DNA of 64,000 bases from an uncultured Collinsella sp. GTDB lineage: Bacteria > Actinomycetota > Coriobacteriia > Coriobacteriales > Coriobacteriaceae. Where the stretch lies: the NCBI GenBank assembly GCA_900549575.1, contig URPB01000001.1:2560-66559 (forward strand). Direction: 5' to 3'. The notes under the pieces are model-generated. The model saw only the letters and a list, made by a program, of their open reading frames with translations. It did not search any database and was not told the origin of the DNA. A program made the position numbers and the translations under genes. Below, piece by piece: positions 34,102 to 43,531 of the stretch; within the stretch, counting starts at the first letter, position 1; each line of letters begins with the position of its first letter.

Positions 34102-34469
34102 CGTCCGTCGCCCCCCATCTCCGCGAACTCTCGCGCCACTTGGTCTGCAACCTTCCTGATAACGCCGTCGCCGGGAACGGTGCCGTAATCCTCGCCAGTC
34201 TGGTTCGTGATCTGGTGGCCGTTCTCCAACAGGTGCGTTAGCTGGTATCGCCGGTTGTGCACGGTGCATTCGGTGCCCGTCTCATCGGTCTTAACGTCGG
34301 CCTTCCAACCCTTCTTGTAAGCACCGGTGCGCACCTTGCTTTCTTGCTTCAACAGCTTTACGGCGCGCCTTCCGGCTTCGCCCGCGTTCTCAGCGAGCGC
34401 GGAAACGTTGTCTTCCACGCACTCTTTCATGCAGCTGCTTATGAACCGCTCGATGCTCTGCTCAGCCAC
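34098..34469 (-). CDS. HK97 gp10-like neck protein
   Basis: ...VRTGAYKKGWKADV...HNRRYQLTHLLENGH... typical of the HK97 gp10 family. Confidence 0.65.
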   Translation of the reverse strand: MAEQSIERFISSCMKECVEDNVSALAENAGEAGRRAVKLLKQESKVRTGAYKKGWKADVKTDETGTECTVHNRRYQLTHLLENGHQITNQTGEDYGTVPGDGVIRKVADQVAREFAEMGGDGR

Positions 34470-34773
34470 GGTCGCCCACCACCTCAGCGAGCGTCAGGCG
34501 CACGAAGTCGGGGCTTGACCTGTCAACGCGCGCGACCGTGAGCCGCGCGCCGTCGAACTCGACTAGCCGCTCACCTTCGTATGCGCTCTTGCGAATCTGC
34601 AATACGGCTTCGGGGTGTACGCCAGCGGCAGCGGCGGCGTAATAGGCCGCGTCGCCCATAGAGAAGACGTTGCAGAACACCTTGCGCTTTGTTTCCTCCG
34701 TCTGCTGCACTCCGTATTCGTCCTTCTTGACGGTCTTAGCGATGAGCTGGCACGTGCCAGCCCACATGCTCAT
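34462..34773 (-). CDS. Head closure / head-tail adaptor protein
   Basis: 103 aa; ...TVKKDEYGVQQTEETKRKVFCNV... pattern of head-closure proteins; synteny. Confidence 0.6.
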   Translation of the reverse strand: MSMWAGTCQLIAKTVKKDEYGVQQTEETKRKVFCNVFSMGDAAYYAAAAAGVHPEAVLQIRKSAYEGERLVEFDGARLTVARVDRSSPDFVRLTLAEVVGDRG

Positions 34774-35072
34774 TTCACGCCCCCGAACTCCGAGCTGCCG
34801 CGCATCATGGTTAGCAGATCGTCGAAGCTCTGAGTAAGGCGGTCGGCATCGGGGTTGTCCATGCCGAAGTTCGCCTTGCAGTAGACCTTCACCGCGAGCC
34901 GAACCGTGCTGTTCGAATCGTCGGCGGCTACGGTATCGGCAACGCCGCCCGCGCGCATCGCGGCGCGGGCGGCTTCGATGAGGTCTTCGATCTCAGCGTC
35001 AAAGTCGGTGCAGTCGGCGGGAATCCTCAGCGCTTCGCGGCACGCGTCAAGCAGCTTCGGCTTCTCTGCCAT
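34770..35072 (-). CDS. gp6-like head-tail connector protein
   Basis: 100 aa; ...LRIPADCTDFDAEIEDLIEAARA... typical N-terminus; synteny. Confidence 0.6.
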   Translation of the reverse strand: MAEKPKLLDACREALRIPADCTDFDAEIEDLIEAARAAMRAGGVADTVAADDSNSTVRLAVKVYCKANFGMDNPDADRLTQSFDDLLTMMRGSSEFGGVK

Positions 35073-35086
35073 CTGTCACCACCTCG

Positions 35087-36367
35087 TTACTTTGCGGCGG
35101 TGCCGATGGTGAGCTGTCCGAAAGCCTTAGGCACGACAAGGCCGCCGTCAAAGAGCAGGTAGCCGTCAAAGCAGCGCTTCTGCGTACCAGGCTCGACATA
35201 GGGCGTAACGTCCACGCCGTCGAAGATGTTTCCACGGAACAGGTCGGGATAACCAGCCTTGATGATGCCATCTGCCATAGAATCGTCGCGCTTAACGAGC
35301 TTGCCGAAGATATGACCCTCAACGGCGGGGTCTTCGGTCTTCTCGTCCACGAAGTAAGAGCGCCCGTTGGCATCCTCGACCATAGCAATGTGGTTCCAAA
35401 TAGTGTTGCCGTTGGCGTAGATAATGCAGCCCTTCGGCGCAGGGTTGCCGTAGGTGTAGAGCAGGCCGAGAAGCTTGGTAATATCCGCCTTGGCAAGCGT
35501 TCCAGCGGTGGCGCAGTTAATCTTGTTGCCGGAATCCATGCCGAGCGTGCCATCAACAGTCTTGGCGTGGACACGCGCGTTGGCGGCGACGGCAAGGCGC
35601 GCGCCAGTCTCGTTGACGATGTACTGCTCAAAGCCGTTGATAGACTGAACCGCCATCTTACGGCTCATCTTCACGGTCTTCTTGATCTCCTCGCCCGTAA
35701 GGGTGATGGGGTCGAACTCGTTCTGCTCCTCATCGGCGGGCGCGGCTCCCTCGTCGGTCTTCGCAGCGTCGCCAGCCTTGATGCTCTTATGGCGGATAAG
35801 CTCGAACTGATGCGGGAAGTTGTCCTTGTGGATATCTCCGTAGAGAACAGCTGTGTTGTCAATCAGCGTGAAAATCTGCGTCTGAAGCTCGACGGGGATA
35901 ACCGCATCGGTGTTGCTGGTCAGATGCGTGAACGCGGTGCGGCGCTCGACAAGCGCGTTGTAAGCGTCGCGCTCAACCTGCGTGAAATCGGTACCCTCGA
36001 TGAGCTGCACGCCGCTCCGGCGGGCAATGTCCTTCACCCAAGCGCGGCGGGCGGCGGCGTTGTAGTCGGTCGTGTCGCGCACCTGCGGCAGAGCCCCGCG
36101 AGCGCTCGCGGAAGTGCCCAGCGGCACGGCATCGACGCGGCGGGCGCTGCCGTTCTCGATAGCGGCGCGCGCGGCGGCGACGGTCGCGTCGTGGCTGTCG
36201 CGGCGCTGCGCTGCGGCGGCGTTTCGCTTCTCGATCTCGGCGGTAAGCGCGCTCATGCGCTCCGCGTCCTGCTCGCTCGGCTCAGCATCGGTGCCGTCAT
36301 CGGCCTTGTACTTGTCAACAAGCCCCTGAAGCTCGTTAAGCAGGTCATCCATAGTCAGTTCGTCCAT
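35087..36367 (-). CDS. Major capsid protein, HK97 family (with N-terminal delta domain)
   Basis: 426 aa from ATG 36367; coiled-coil delta region then capsid core; preceded by the S78-type prohead protease gene. Confidence 0.8.
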   Translation of the reverse strand: MDELTMDDLLNELQGLVDKYKADDGTDAEPSEQDAERMSALTAEIEKRNAAAAQRRDSHDATVAAARAAIENGSARRVDAVPLGTSASARGALPQVRDTTDYNAAARRAWVKDIARRSGVQLIEGTDFTQVERDAYNALVERRTAFTHLTSNTDAVIPVELQTQIFTLIDNTAVLYGDIHKDNFPHQFELIRHKSIKAGDAAKTDEGAAPADEEQNEFDPITLTGEEIKKTVKMSRKMAVQSINGFEQYIVNETGARLAVAANARVHAKTVDGTLGMDSGNKINCATAGTLAKADITKLLGLLYTYGNPAPKGCIIYANGNTIWNHIAMVEDANGRSYFVDEKTEDPAVEGHIFGKLVKRDDSMADGIIKAGYPDLFRGNIFDGVDVTPYVEPGTQKRCFDGYLLFDGGLVVPKAFGQLTIGTAAK

Positions 36368-36371
36368 TGTC

Positions 36372-37007
36372 CTAAACCTTTCTGCTCTTGGCGATTGCCA
36401 GTGTTGCCCTAGCGATTGCAAGGGCGCTCTTACGGCGCGCAAGCTCCTTGCGCGACTGCTCAATCACTCCGTTGAGCAGGTTTCTTGCTGAAATCTCCGT
36501 ATTGGGGTCAGCCGGAAGGCTCACCGCCGACACGTCGAAAACCTTTTTGACGCGCGTAATGGTCGTGGTGTGCGTGTCCCGGTCGTATTCGTCAGCGCCC
36601 ACGCTGAAAGCCCACGACATGCGCGTGATAAGGCCGTTAGTAATCTCTTCGTAAAGGTCGCGCGCGGCCTGAGAGCCGCTAAGGTCTGCCGCGATGAATA
36701 GCCCGTGCTTGTCAGGCTCGACAATGAGCGTGTTGTTGCTCATGCGCGCAAGCACCTTGCCCGCATGGTCGTACTGCATGATAACGTCGCTCATGTCCGC
36801 GCCGTCGAAAGCGCCGGGGTCGATGATCTCGCGATACTCGTTGCCGTCCCAGTCGGTGAAAAGCACGTATGGGTCGTTGAATGTCGATGCGTAGCCCTCG
36901 ACGTAGTAATCGGTGTCCAAGCGCTTGTTCGCGCTTCCGTCAGCCGTCCGCACGTTGAGCGGCACGGCAAGGGAACGGTATTGCCGCTCACTCGGTTTCG
37001 CTGGCAT
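36372..37007 (-). CDS. Prohead serine protease (HK97/S78 family)
   Basis: ...YYVEGYASTFNDPY...QYDHAGKVLAR...MSWAFSV... typical of HK97 prohead protease. Confidence 0.8.
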   Translation of the reverse strand: MPAKPSERQYRSLAVPLNVRTADGSANKRLDTDYYVEGYASTFNDPYVLFTDWDGNEYREIIDPGAFDGADMSDVIMQYDHAGKVLARMSNNTLIVEPDKHGLFIAADLSGSQAARDLYEEITNGLITRMSWAFSVGADEYDRDTHTTTITRVKKVFDVSAVSLPADPNTEISARNLLNGVIEQSRKELARRKSALAIARATLAIAKSRKV

Positions 37008-38265
37008 CGTCTACCTCCTTGCTGGTTCCAACGCCGCTGCTCGCGTCGATAGCGGCTATGTTCGCGTTCGTCTGCGCGGCTTGCGCCGCCTGTTCCGCCG
37101 TGTGCTCGCTGATGAGCGCAAGGTCGATATACTCGCCGCGTATCACGTGGCGCTCTCCGCCCTCGTAGTGCGGGGATTGGAAAACATCGGCTACCTGATT
37201 GCCGTTCCAGATACCACGGTCGAACAGCGCGACGGAAACGTTAAGCTTCGTCGTGTTGCTGGCGAACTCTAGGCGGTTCGCGCTGAACATGATTGAGTTT
37301 CCGTGCGCGATCTCGTTTGCCGTGTACGTCATGGACGTGATAACGAAGCCGAGCTGAACAGCGAACGGCTCGATGCGTCCTTCGTAGTAGCTGTTGAAGG
37401 TGTCTTCGTCCGCGCGGTTCGTGACGATATCCTCATTGGAGCCGAAGAAGCGGTAAGCGCTCTTCTCGATTCGCTCCATCTGCGCCGCATCGACCGTGTA
37501 ACTGTTCGGCGTTATCTGCTGCACGTCTGAAAACAGCTTGTCATATACGGCGATGCCGCCCGCGTTGTCTGCGGAAAGCTGAGCGTTGAACGCCTTGCGC
37601 GCCTTCTCTTGGTCGCCCTCGTTGCGGTTCTGGCTGAGCTTGCCGATGAACCGCACCGCCGCGCCCTGATTGATAGCCGACTGCTCGGCTTCGTTCTGCG
37701 CGTGCATCAGCTCCAACGTCGGCTGAAGAACGTTCGTGCCGTCGCCGAACAAATCGCTTTGGTACTGGTGGCGCGTCATCACGCCCACGCGCGACCACTC
37801 TACAAGCACGCTGTCGCCGGTCGGAAACGTGAGCTTCAGCCAAAGCTCGCCGTCAACGTCGTATGCTTCGCACTGGCTCGGCAGCACGGGATAGTACCCG
37901 GTTATCGTAATGCCGTCGCCAGCGTCGATAGGCACGATAAGCGCCGTGTCGTTGACCTGAAGAATCGTCCAAATGCGCTTGATGAACTGCGGCGTTGTCA
38001 TCCAAGGGTTAGGCTGCTGTCGCAGCGCTCGCGCAGCCGTCGGCTGAGCCGTGCCCGATACTTCGGGTTTCAGCTTGCTTGCGTGGTCTGCGCCGCTCTC
38101 GATGATGCTTCGCGTAAGCTCTGCTTCGTAAAGTCCGCCCTGCCACGTCGTGAACGACGGCGCATAGGCCGTGAACGTGGAGAAATAGCCGTTGACAGCT
38201 TGCATCTGCGGACGGTGGAACACCGCATCGAAGAGCGAGCGCAGAAACGGTTGTGATCTGCTCAA
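36988..38265 (-). CDS. Portal protein, HK97 family
   Basis: TTG 38265 with GGAGG 6 nt upstream, just after TerL stop; 425 aa. Confidence 0.75.
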   Translation of the reverse strand: MSRSQPFLRSLFDAVFHRPQMQAVNGYFSTFTAYAPSFTTWQGGLYEAELTRSIIESGADHASKLKPEVSGTAQPTAARALRQQPNPWMTTPQFIKRIWTILQVNDTALIVPIDAGDGITITGYYPVLPSQCEAYDVDGELWLKLTFPTGDSVLVEWSRVGVMTRHQYQSDLFGDGTNVLQPTLELMHAQNEAEQSAINQGAAVRFIGKLSQNRNEGDQEKARKAFNAQLSADNAGGIAVYDKLFSDVQQITPNSYTVDAAQMERIEKSAYRFFGSNEDIVTNRADEDTFNSYYEGRIEPFAVQLGFVITSMTYTANEIAHGNSIMFSANRLEFASNTTKLNVSVALFDRGIWNGNQVADVFQSPHYEGGERHVIRGEYIDLALISEHTAEQAAQAAQTNANIAAIDASSGVGTSKEVDDASETE

Positions 38266-38267
38266 CT

Positions 38268-40016
38268 CTAACCTCCTATCATCGCGCGGTAATCGTCCGC
38301 AATGTTCTTCATCGCAATGAACGCGTCGCACTCAGCCGCCCACGCGTCTATGCGGTTGCGCGGGTCTTGGTTCTTCTTGTCCGGCTGAATGTTCCCGTTA
38401 ACGTCGGTTCGAATGGCGACGTTCGAACGGCACCATTCGGCAATCGGATTGGCGTTGTCCACGATGCGCCCCTCCTTGTAGAGCGCTCGAAGCTCCTTCA
38501 TCGGCATTGACAGCGTTTGCGCGCCCTGAATGACCTTTTGCAGGTTGTCAGCGCCGAAATAGTCTTCGTATGCTTCCACGGTAGGCACATCGCGCATGTG
38601 CCACGGGTCGTATCCGCACGCTACGGCATAGATTCCGTACTTGTCTTGAACTTCCGCCACCCAATCCAGAACGTCGCGCTTGTCCATGATGGGCGTTTCG
38701 CACGTTCGCATAAGCCCGCGCGCAATCCACGCATCGTAAGGCACACCGTCGCGACCGCCGCGCCGCCCCTCGCGCTCTGCTTGCTCCAAAGCGCGAAGCG
38801 GAATCCACGCCATATGAAGCGCGTAGATGTTCGGGTCGTTCGGTCGCTGCATCAGAAGGCAAGCAGCGGTAAGGTCGGTCGTGTCCGCCGCGTCAACGCC
38901 AAGAACGGCATACGTAAAGGTTCCGTCGCCGGGGTCGAATGTCGCTTCGTTGTGTATCTCAGCCCACGTCAACCAAGCCTGAGACTGGTTTTCAATGAGG
39001 TTGAAATCCTTAACAAGCAGCGTGGGAAGGTATGTCGCATCATCCTTAGCCTTGGAAACGTTCTGTCGAAGAGCCGAAAGCGATTTGATCGTGCCAAGGC
39101 CGGGGTTCGCCTTAATCCAAGCGCTTTCGTCTTCCCATTCCTCGCGCCCGTCAAGCTCGAAAATGAACGCGATGAAACGCTCTGCCTTCTCGCCGGTCGC
39201 CTTGCCGTCAAGCCATTTGGTCGCGTACTCGTATTGCGCATCGAAGATGCTGTTTCGCACGAAACCGTTAGTCGTGATCTCCAACACGAGCGGCTGGCGG
39301 CGCGCAGACGTTCCCTGCATCGTCAGGTCGTAAAGGTCGCGGTTCTTCATCGCGGCCAGCTCGTCCACGATTGCGCCGGAAATGTCCAAGCCGTCAAGAT
39401 GGTTCGTGTTTGCGCTCAGAGCGCGAATGCTGCCCATGTTCAGATCGCAGTACAAGTCTGCAACCCTCTTGCGGATGTGCTTAGCGAGCGCAGGGCTGGT
39501 CTGCACCATGCGCCACGCGTTGTTGAAGCCTTTAGCCGCCTGATCGCGCGCGGTTGCTACGTTATAGACCTCCGGCGCGCCTTCATCGTCGTTAACGAGC
39601 AAGTCAAGCTCTATCGCAGACGCAAGCGCGGTCTTTCCGTTCTTGCGTCCCATAATCCAGAGCACTTCGCGGTACTGCCGCACGCCCTCAGCGTCAACGA
39701 ATCCGAAAACGACGGACAGAATGGCGCGTTGGAAAAGCTCAAGCTTGAAATCGTGCCCCAAGCGCCCGGACGGTAGGCGGCAGAAGCTTTCGATGAAGCG
39801 AACATGCTTCTGCGCGTATTCCTCGCGGTAGTGGTACGGATAGAGCGGGTCTGTGTTGTCCATGCCCTGAAGCACGATAGCGGCAACCTGCTTCATCTTG
39901 CCGCATGCGGTTATATCGCCGCGCAGGATGCCGCCGAAGTAGTCACGTATGGCGCGCTCGCACGAACCATACTTGCCGGTCGCTCTAACCGAACCGCGTT
40001 TCATTGATGAAGTCAA
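38268..40016 (-). CDS. Terminase large subunit
   Basis: 582 aa; Walker-like ...WIMGRKNGKTALAS...; nuclease-half motifs; between TerS and portal. Confidence 0.85.
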   Translation of the reverse strand: MTSSMKRGSVRATGKYGSCERAIRDYFGGILRGDITACGKMKQVAAIVLQGMDNTDPLYPYHYREEYAQKHVRFIESFCRLPSGRLGHDFKLELFQRAILSVVFGFVDAEGVRQYREVLWIMGRKNGKTALASAIELDLLVNDDEGAPEVYNVATARDQAAKGFNNAWRMVQTSPALAKHIRKRVADLYCDLNMGSIRALSANTNHLDGLDISGAIVDELAAMKNRDLYDLTMQGTSARRQPLVLEITTNGFVRNSIFDAQYEYATKWLDGKATGEKAERFIAFIFELDGREEWEDESAWIKANPGLGTIKSLSALRQNVSKAKDDATYLPTLLVKDFNLIENQSQAWLTWAEIHNEATFDPGDGTFTYAVLGVDAADTTDLTAACLLMQRPNDPNIYALHMAWIPLRALEQAEREGRRGGRDGVPYDAWIARGLMRTCETPIMDKRDVLDWVAEVQDKYGIYAVACGYDPWHMRDVPTVEAYEDYFGADNLQKVIQGAQTLSMPMKELRALYKEGRIVDNANPIAEWCRSNVAIRTDVNGNIQPDKKNQDPRNRIDAWAAECDAFIAMKNIADDYRAMIGG

Positions 40017-40407
40017 TGAGCGCGTCGGCTGCGGCGGTTCCGTTCGGCATCATGTCGGTTAGCTGCTTAACGCCGCGTGAGAACGTGGTGAACAGCTTGT
40101 TGTATGCACTGAATCCGGGATGCTCTCGCAGCCCGGTTTGCCCGCCGCCGTTGTCGTACTCGGTGAAGATGTCTTCGTAGAGCAGATCGGCGCGGGCATC
40201 GTCAAGCTTGACTTTCAGAAACGCGAGGTTGGCCAAAAGCGGCATGACGGCTTTTCGCTTTTCGTCGGGGATAGCGCCCTTGGTGATCTCGCGCAGCTTC
40301 CGAAGCTCGCTCTCTACGCGCTTCTCCTTGGCAACTCGCCGCTTCGGCGGGCTATTCCCCGCGACTGCGGGCGAAACTTTCGAAGTATTGCCTACTTTTG
40401 CCGTCAT
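39985..40407 (-). CDS. Terminase small subunit (P27 family-like)
   Basis: 140 aa; basic N-terminus; ...YDNGGGQTGLREHPGFSAYNKL... as in P27-type TerS. Confidence 0.7.
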   Translation of the reverse strand: MTAKVGNTSKVSPAVAGNSPPKRRVAKEKRVESELRKLREITKGAIPDEKRKAVMPLLANLAFLKVKLDDARADLLYEDIFTEYDNGGGQTGLREHPGFSAYNKLFTTFSRGVKQLTDMMPNGTAAADALIDFINETRFG

Positions 40408-40577
40408 CGCAAGACCACCCCCTTTCGAAAATCCGTCACGCGCAAGAAATTACCTCCCGGCGTTGGTGCCCTAGGCACCACCTGCGTTTTGCAGACCGGG
40501 GGGATTGTCTCGCGGGTTTACCTGCGGTTTTGCGTCCGCTTTCTCGCGGTCGCTCTGTGTTGTGTTGCGTTTTTGAA

Positions 40578-40907
40578 TCAATCGCCAAGCGATATCAAAT
40601 TGCCGTCGCTGTCGAATGCCAGCCCTTGCCTAGTTGAACCCTGCCTTATCCAACCATGCACCTTCTTATGGCATCGGTCGCATAGGCTAACAAGGTTGCT
40701 TGGGTCGGTAGCAATGCTTGGGTCGCTGATGTTCGCTGGCGTAAGCTCGATGATGTGATGCACCATGACTGCGGGCGTGATCTCTCCCTGCTGCAAGCAG
40801 TGCTGGCATAGGTGAGCGTCACGCGTCAATGCCGCGTCTCTGGCGCGTTCCCAATCGGCGGAAGCGTAGAAGGCGCGCGAGAAGTCCTTAGCCATGCGCA
40901 CCCCCAA
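40578..40907 (-). CDS. HNH endonuclease (packaging-associated)
   Basis: CQHCL...VHHIIEL...NLVSLCDRCHKKVH; directly upstream of terminase genes as in HK97-like cos phages. Confidence 0.85.
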   Translation of the reverse strand: MGVRMAKDFSRAFYASADWERARDAALTRDAHLCQHCLQQGEITPAVMVHHIIELTPANISDPSIATDPSNLVSLCDRCHKKVHGWIRQGSTRQGLAFDSDGNLISLGD

Positions 40908-40914
40908 ACAAAAA

Positions 40915-40949
40915 TGCCACGAGCGCTGCCGCCCGTGGCCTTACCTAAT
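40915..40949 (-). terminator. Terminator between late regulator gene and HNH/terminase
   Basis: On - strand gccacg-ggcggcagcgct-cgtggc followed by atttttgttt. Confidence 0.5.
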
Positions 40950-41000
40950 CCACCGTACCGAACTTTAGCAGAATGCGGAAAGTGAACGCAAGTGCCAATC

Positions 41001-41450
41001 TTAGGCGTTCTTCAATTTCGCCCATCCTACGCGGTCGATGTAGGCGAAACCAGCCTTGCATAGTTCGCGGCACCATTGCTGCGAGCACTGCATAATGTCC
41101 GCTATCTCCGCCCATTCCTGCGCCTGAAGGTAGCCCATGCAGATTGCGTCGGCGTATCTGGTGCCTTTGAGCTTGGCAAGCCCACCGCGTCCGTCTTGCC
41201 CGTAAAGCAGTTCGCACGCTTCTTCAATCATTCCTTGCGCGTCGTTGATTCGCCGCTGCAACCTGTCTTCGAAGTCGATACGCTGCAATATCGAGAGTGA
41301 CCCATCGGAAACCTCACCGCCCCCGCGCCCCTCCGTGTAGCTCTGCGCTTTGGCGCCTTCTTTGGCCTTCATGCGTTCGAGCATATCCCGCGCCTTATCG
41401 GTCTTCACCACCTCGGCGCGGATACCCTCGAAATACTCCTTGGCTTTCAA
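41001..41450 (-). CDS. Putative late-gene transcriptional regulator (sigma region 4 / ArpU-RinA-like)
   Basis: 149 aa; C-terminal HTH-like ...EWAEIADIMQCSQQWCRELCKAGFAYI...; last early gene before packaging genes. Assignment by position and weak motif. Confidence 0.4.
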   Translation of the reverse strand: MKAKEYFEGIRAEVVKTDKARDMLERMKAKEGAKAQSYTEGRGGGEVSDGSLSILQRIDFEDRLQRRINDAQGMIEEACELLYGQDGRGGLAKLKGTRYADAICMGYLQAQEWAEIADIMQCSQQWCRELCKAGFAYIDRVGWAKLKNA

Positions 41451-41461
41451 GATCGCGTCAC

Positions 41462-41902
41462 CTACTCAACGCCCGTGCTTCCGAAGCCGCCCGCGCCGCG
41501 CTCGGTGTCGCTCAGCTCATCGACCGGCACAAGCTCGCACGGCACATAGGGCATAACGACAAGCTGGCATACGCGCGTACCCGCTTCGAGCGTCACCGTC
41601 TCATAACTCTGATTGATGAGCGCCGCGCAAACCTCGCCGCGATAGCCGCTGTCGATAACGCCAACGCTATTCGAAAGCGTGATGCCCTGCTTTGCCGCAA
41701 GGCCGCTGCGCGGGAACACCAGCCCCACGCAACCGCTCGGAATCTCGACGGCAAGGCCGCAACCGACAACGCACTTCTGCATCGGTTCGAGCGTGACAGT
41801 CTCGGTAATGCGAAGGTCAAGCCCAGCATCGCCCTCATGCGCATAGCGCGGCATCTCGATTCCCTCATTGACCTTCTTAGCGCGAAGCTTCCTGCCAATC
41901 AT
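41462..41902 (-). CDS. dut: dUTP diphosphatase
   Basis: ...AHEGDAGLDL...PRSGLA...GVIDSGYRGE...RGAGGFGSTG canonical dUTPase motifs. Confidence 0.9.
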   Translation of the reverse strand: MIGRKLRAKKVNEGIEMPRYAHEGDAGLDLRITETVTLEPMQKCVVGCGLAVEIPSGCVGLVFPRSGLAAKQGITLSNSVGVIDSGYRGEVCAALINQSYETVTLEAGTRVCQLVVMPYVPCELVPVDELSDTERGAGGFGSTGVE

Positions 41903-42186
41903 TAGCGCACCCCCAGAACATGACGCGTGACGCGCACGCTTCCAGCCTTAACCCACTTGCCGCCGTAAGTCTGACCCTTCGGGCGGATAACAACCTTGTT
42001 TCGGTGGCTCATCGCGACAACCTGATATTCGCTGCCCTCATGCTCCACCGTGTCGTTTAGGAAAACGAGCTTACCCGCCGAATCGACCGGGAACGAAGCG
42101 GCGCTGGCGTATGCCGCTACCTCCGGCACGAGCACGACATAAACGGGCTGCTTGATCTCTGCGCCCTTCTTCTTGATTCCGAACAT
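41902..42186 (-). CDS. Hypothetical protein
   Basis: 94 aa, coupled to dut. Confidence 0.45.
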   Translation of the reverse strand: MFGIKKKGAEIKQPVYVVLVPEVAAYASAASFPVDSAGKLVFLNDTVEHEGSEYQVVAMSHRNKVVIRPKGQTYGGKWVKAGSVRVTRHVLGVR

Positions 42187-42197
42187 CCTTCTTCCTC

Positions 42198-42653
42198 CTA
42201 AAACGGTACGTCATCGTCGTAAAGGTATGGCGCTGCCGGTTGTGCTGGCGCAACGGGCGATGGGTCGCCGGTAGCCATCGCAAGGCCGGGCGCGGCTGCG
42301 TTCGCTGATGCCGTCGATTGCGCGTCGCGCTTGTACTGCATCAGCTCCACATCATCAACGCGAACTTCCCAGCGCTTGATGCTCTGGCCGTCCTTCTGGT
42401 AGCTGCGCGTATGGATGCGCCCGAGAAGCGAAATCTTGGTGCCCTTGCGAAGCCACGGCGCGAGCTCTTCGGCGCGCTTGCCGAACATGACGCAATCAGG
42501 CCAGTTCGTATATTCGCCCCATGTTCCGTCGCCGTTCGGCGTGCGCTCATTGACCGCCAGAGAGAATGAAACGACAGGGTTTCCGCTCTTCGTATAGCGC
42601 AACTCGGCATCTGCACCGAGATTGCCCGAAAGTGTGATCTTGTTTAGGCTCAT
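42198..42653 (-). CDS. ssb: Single-stranded DNA-binding protein
   Basis: MSLNKITLSGNLGADAELRYTKSGNPVVSFSLAVNE... OB fold and acidic tail ...DDDVPF. Confidence 0.9.
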   Translation of the reverse strand: MSLNKITLSGNLGADAELRYTKSGNPVVSFSLAVNERTPNGDGTWGEYTNWPDCVMFGKRAEELAPWLRKGTKISLLGRIHTRSYQKDGQSIKRWEVRVDDVELMQYKRDAQSTASANAAAPGLAMATGDPSPVAPAQPAAPYLYDDDVPF

Positions 42654-43054
42654 ACTTCATCGCCGCCCATCTTGCGCATTTGCTGCACGATATGAAGGCT
42701 GAGCGTCATAACGCCCTTGATGCAGTCTTCTTTGCTCCCCATCTGCTCACCTTGCAGGGTGTCGCAACCGCAGCAAGAGCCATACCAAACGCGGACGTAC
42801 CAGTATTCGCTAGGCTGATAGCCAACTTCGGGAATGACGTAAACAAGCGTCCCTTGATAGTCGCCATCATTGATTTCATGGATGTTCTCGAAGTCCGGTT
42901 TAGGGTCGCCATAGTCGCCCGTCGCTTCAAGCGCAATTGCCTTGACGGTCGCCTTGACGATATCTGAGTAATCGCAATATAGGCATATCGGCTCAAGCCA
43001 GCTTTGGATGAGATCGCGATTCTTAGTCCACGCGTCAACAAACTTCTGAATCAT
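42650..43054 (-). CDS. Hypothetical protein (Cys cluster WYGSCCGCD)
   Basis: 134 aa; overlapping starts/stops. Confidence 0.45.
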   Translation of the reverse strand: MIQKFVDAWTKNRDLIQSWLEPICLYCDYSDIVKATVKAIALEATGDYGDPKPDFENIHEINDGDYQGTLVYVIPEVGYQPSEYWYVRVWYGSCCGCDTLQGEQMGSKEDCIKGVMTLSLHIVQQMRKMGGDEV

Positions 43055-43371
43055 CGAGTACCACCGCCGAACAGCTCGACAAGCGCCGCGCGCTGGTTAG
43101 CTCCCAAACCGCGAAGGCGGCGCGATTCGGAAATGTGCAGCTTTCGCATGGTCTGCTGAGTTCGGGCGAATCCGTAGCCCGGTGCAGCCTTGATGAGTGT
43201 AAAGACCTTCATTCGCGCCACGGCATCATCGGTGCCAGCCATGTTGAGCACGTCGGGCACGCTGTAAGAACCGTCGGCAACGCCCTTCAAGATCGCGGCG
43301 CGGCGCTGGCGTGCTGCCTTCGCCTTTTCGAGGTTTGCGCGGCGCTGCTCAGTTGTCAGATTCGGAATCAT
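43051..43371 (-). CDS. Actinobacterial-type integration host factor (mIHF) homolog
   Basis: ...LTTEQRRANLEKAKAARQRRAAI...MKVFTLIKAAPGYGFARTQQTMRKLHISESRRLRGLGANQRAALVELF parallels the mycobacterial mIHF pattern; ATG 43371 has an AGGAAGG RBS (ORF track starts at 43392). Confidence 0.75.
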   Translation of the reverse strand: MIPNLTTEQRRANLEKAKAARQRRAAILKGVADGSYSVPDVLNMAGTDDAVARMKVFTLIKAAPGYGFARTQQTMRKLHISESRRLRGLGANQRAALVELFGGGTR

Positions 43372-43525
43372 CTTCGTAGCCTTCCTTCTCATAGGTGATG
43401 TACTCGTTGCCGTGCGTCAGCTTGACGGGCGGCGTGTAGTCCTTCAGGGCACCGTCAACGCTGCCGTTCATCAGCTTGCGTTTGAGCCGCGCCCAGTCAT
43501 CGTCGTTAAGCTCAATGGTTTTCAT
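43349..43525 (-). CDS. Small hypothetical protein (58 aa)
   Basis: MKTIELNDDDWARLKRKLMNGS...; below the ORF-track size cutoff; fills the gap between coupled genes. Confidence 0.35.
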   Translation of the reverse strand: MKTIELNDDDWARLKRKLMNGSVDGALKDYTPPVKLTHGNEYITYEKEGYEDDSESDN

Positions 43526-43531
43526 CGCACC

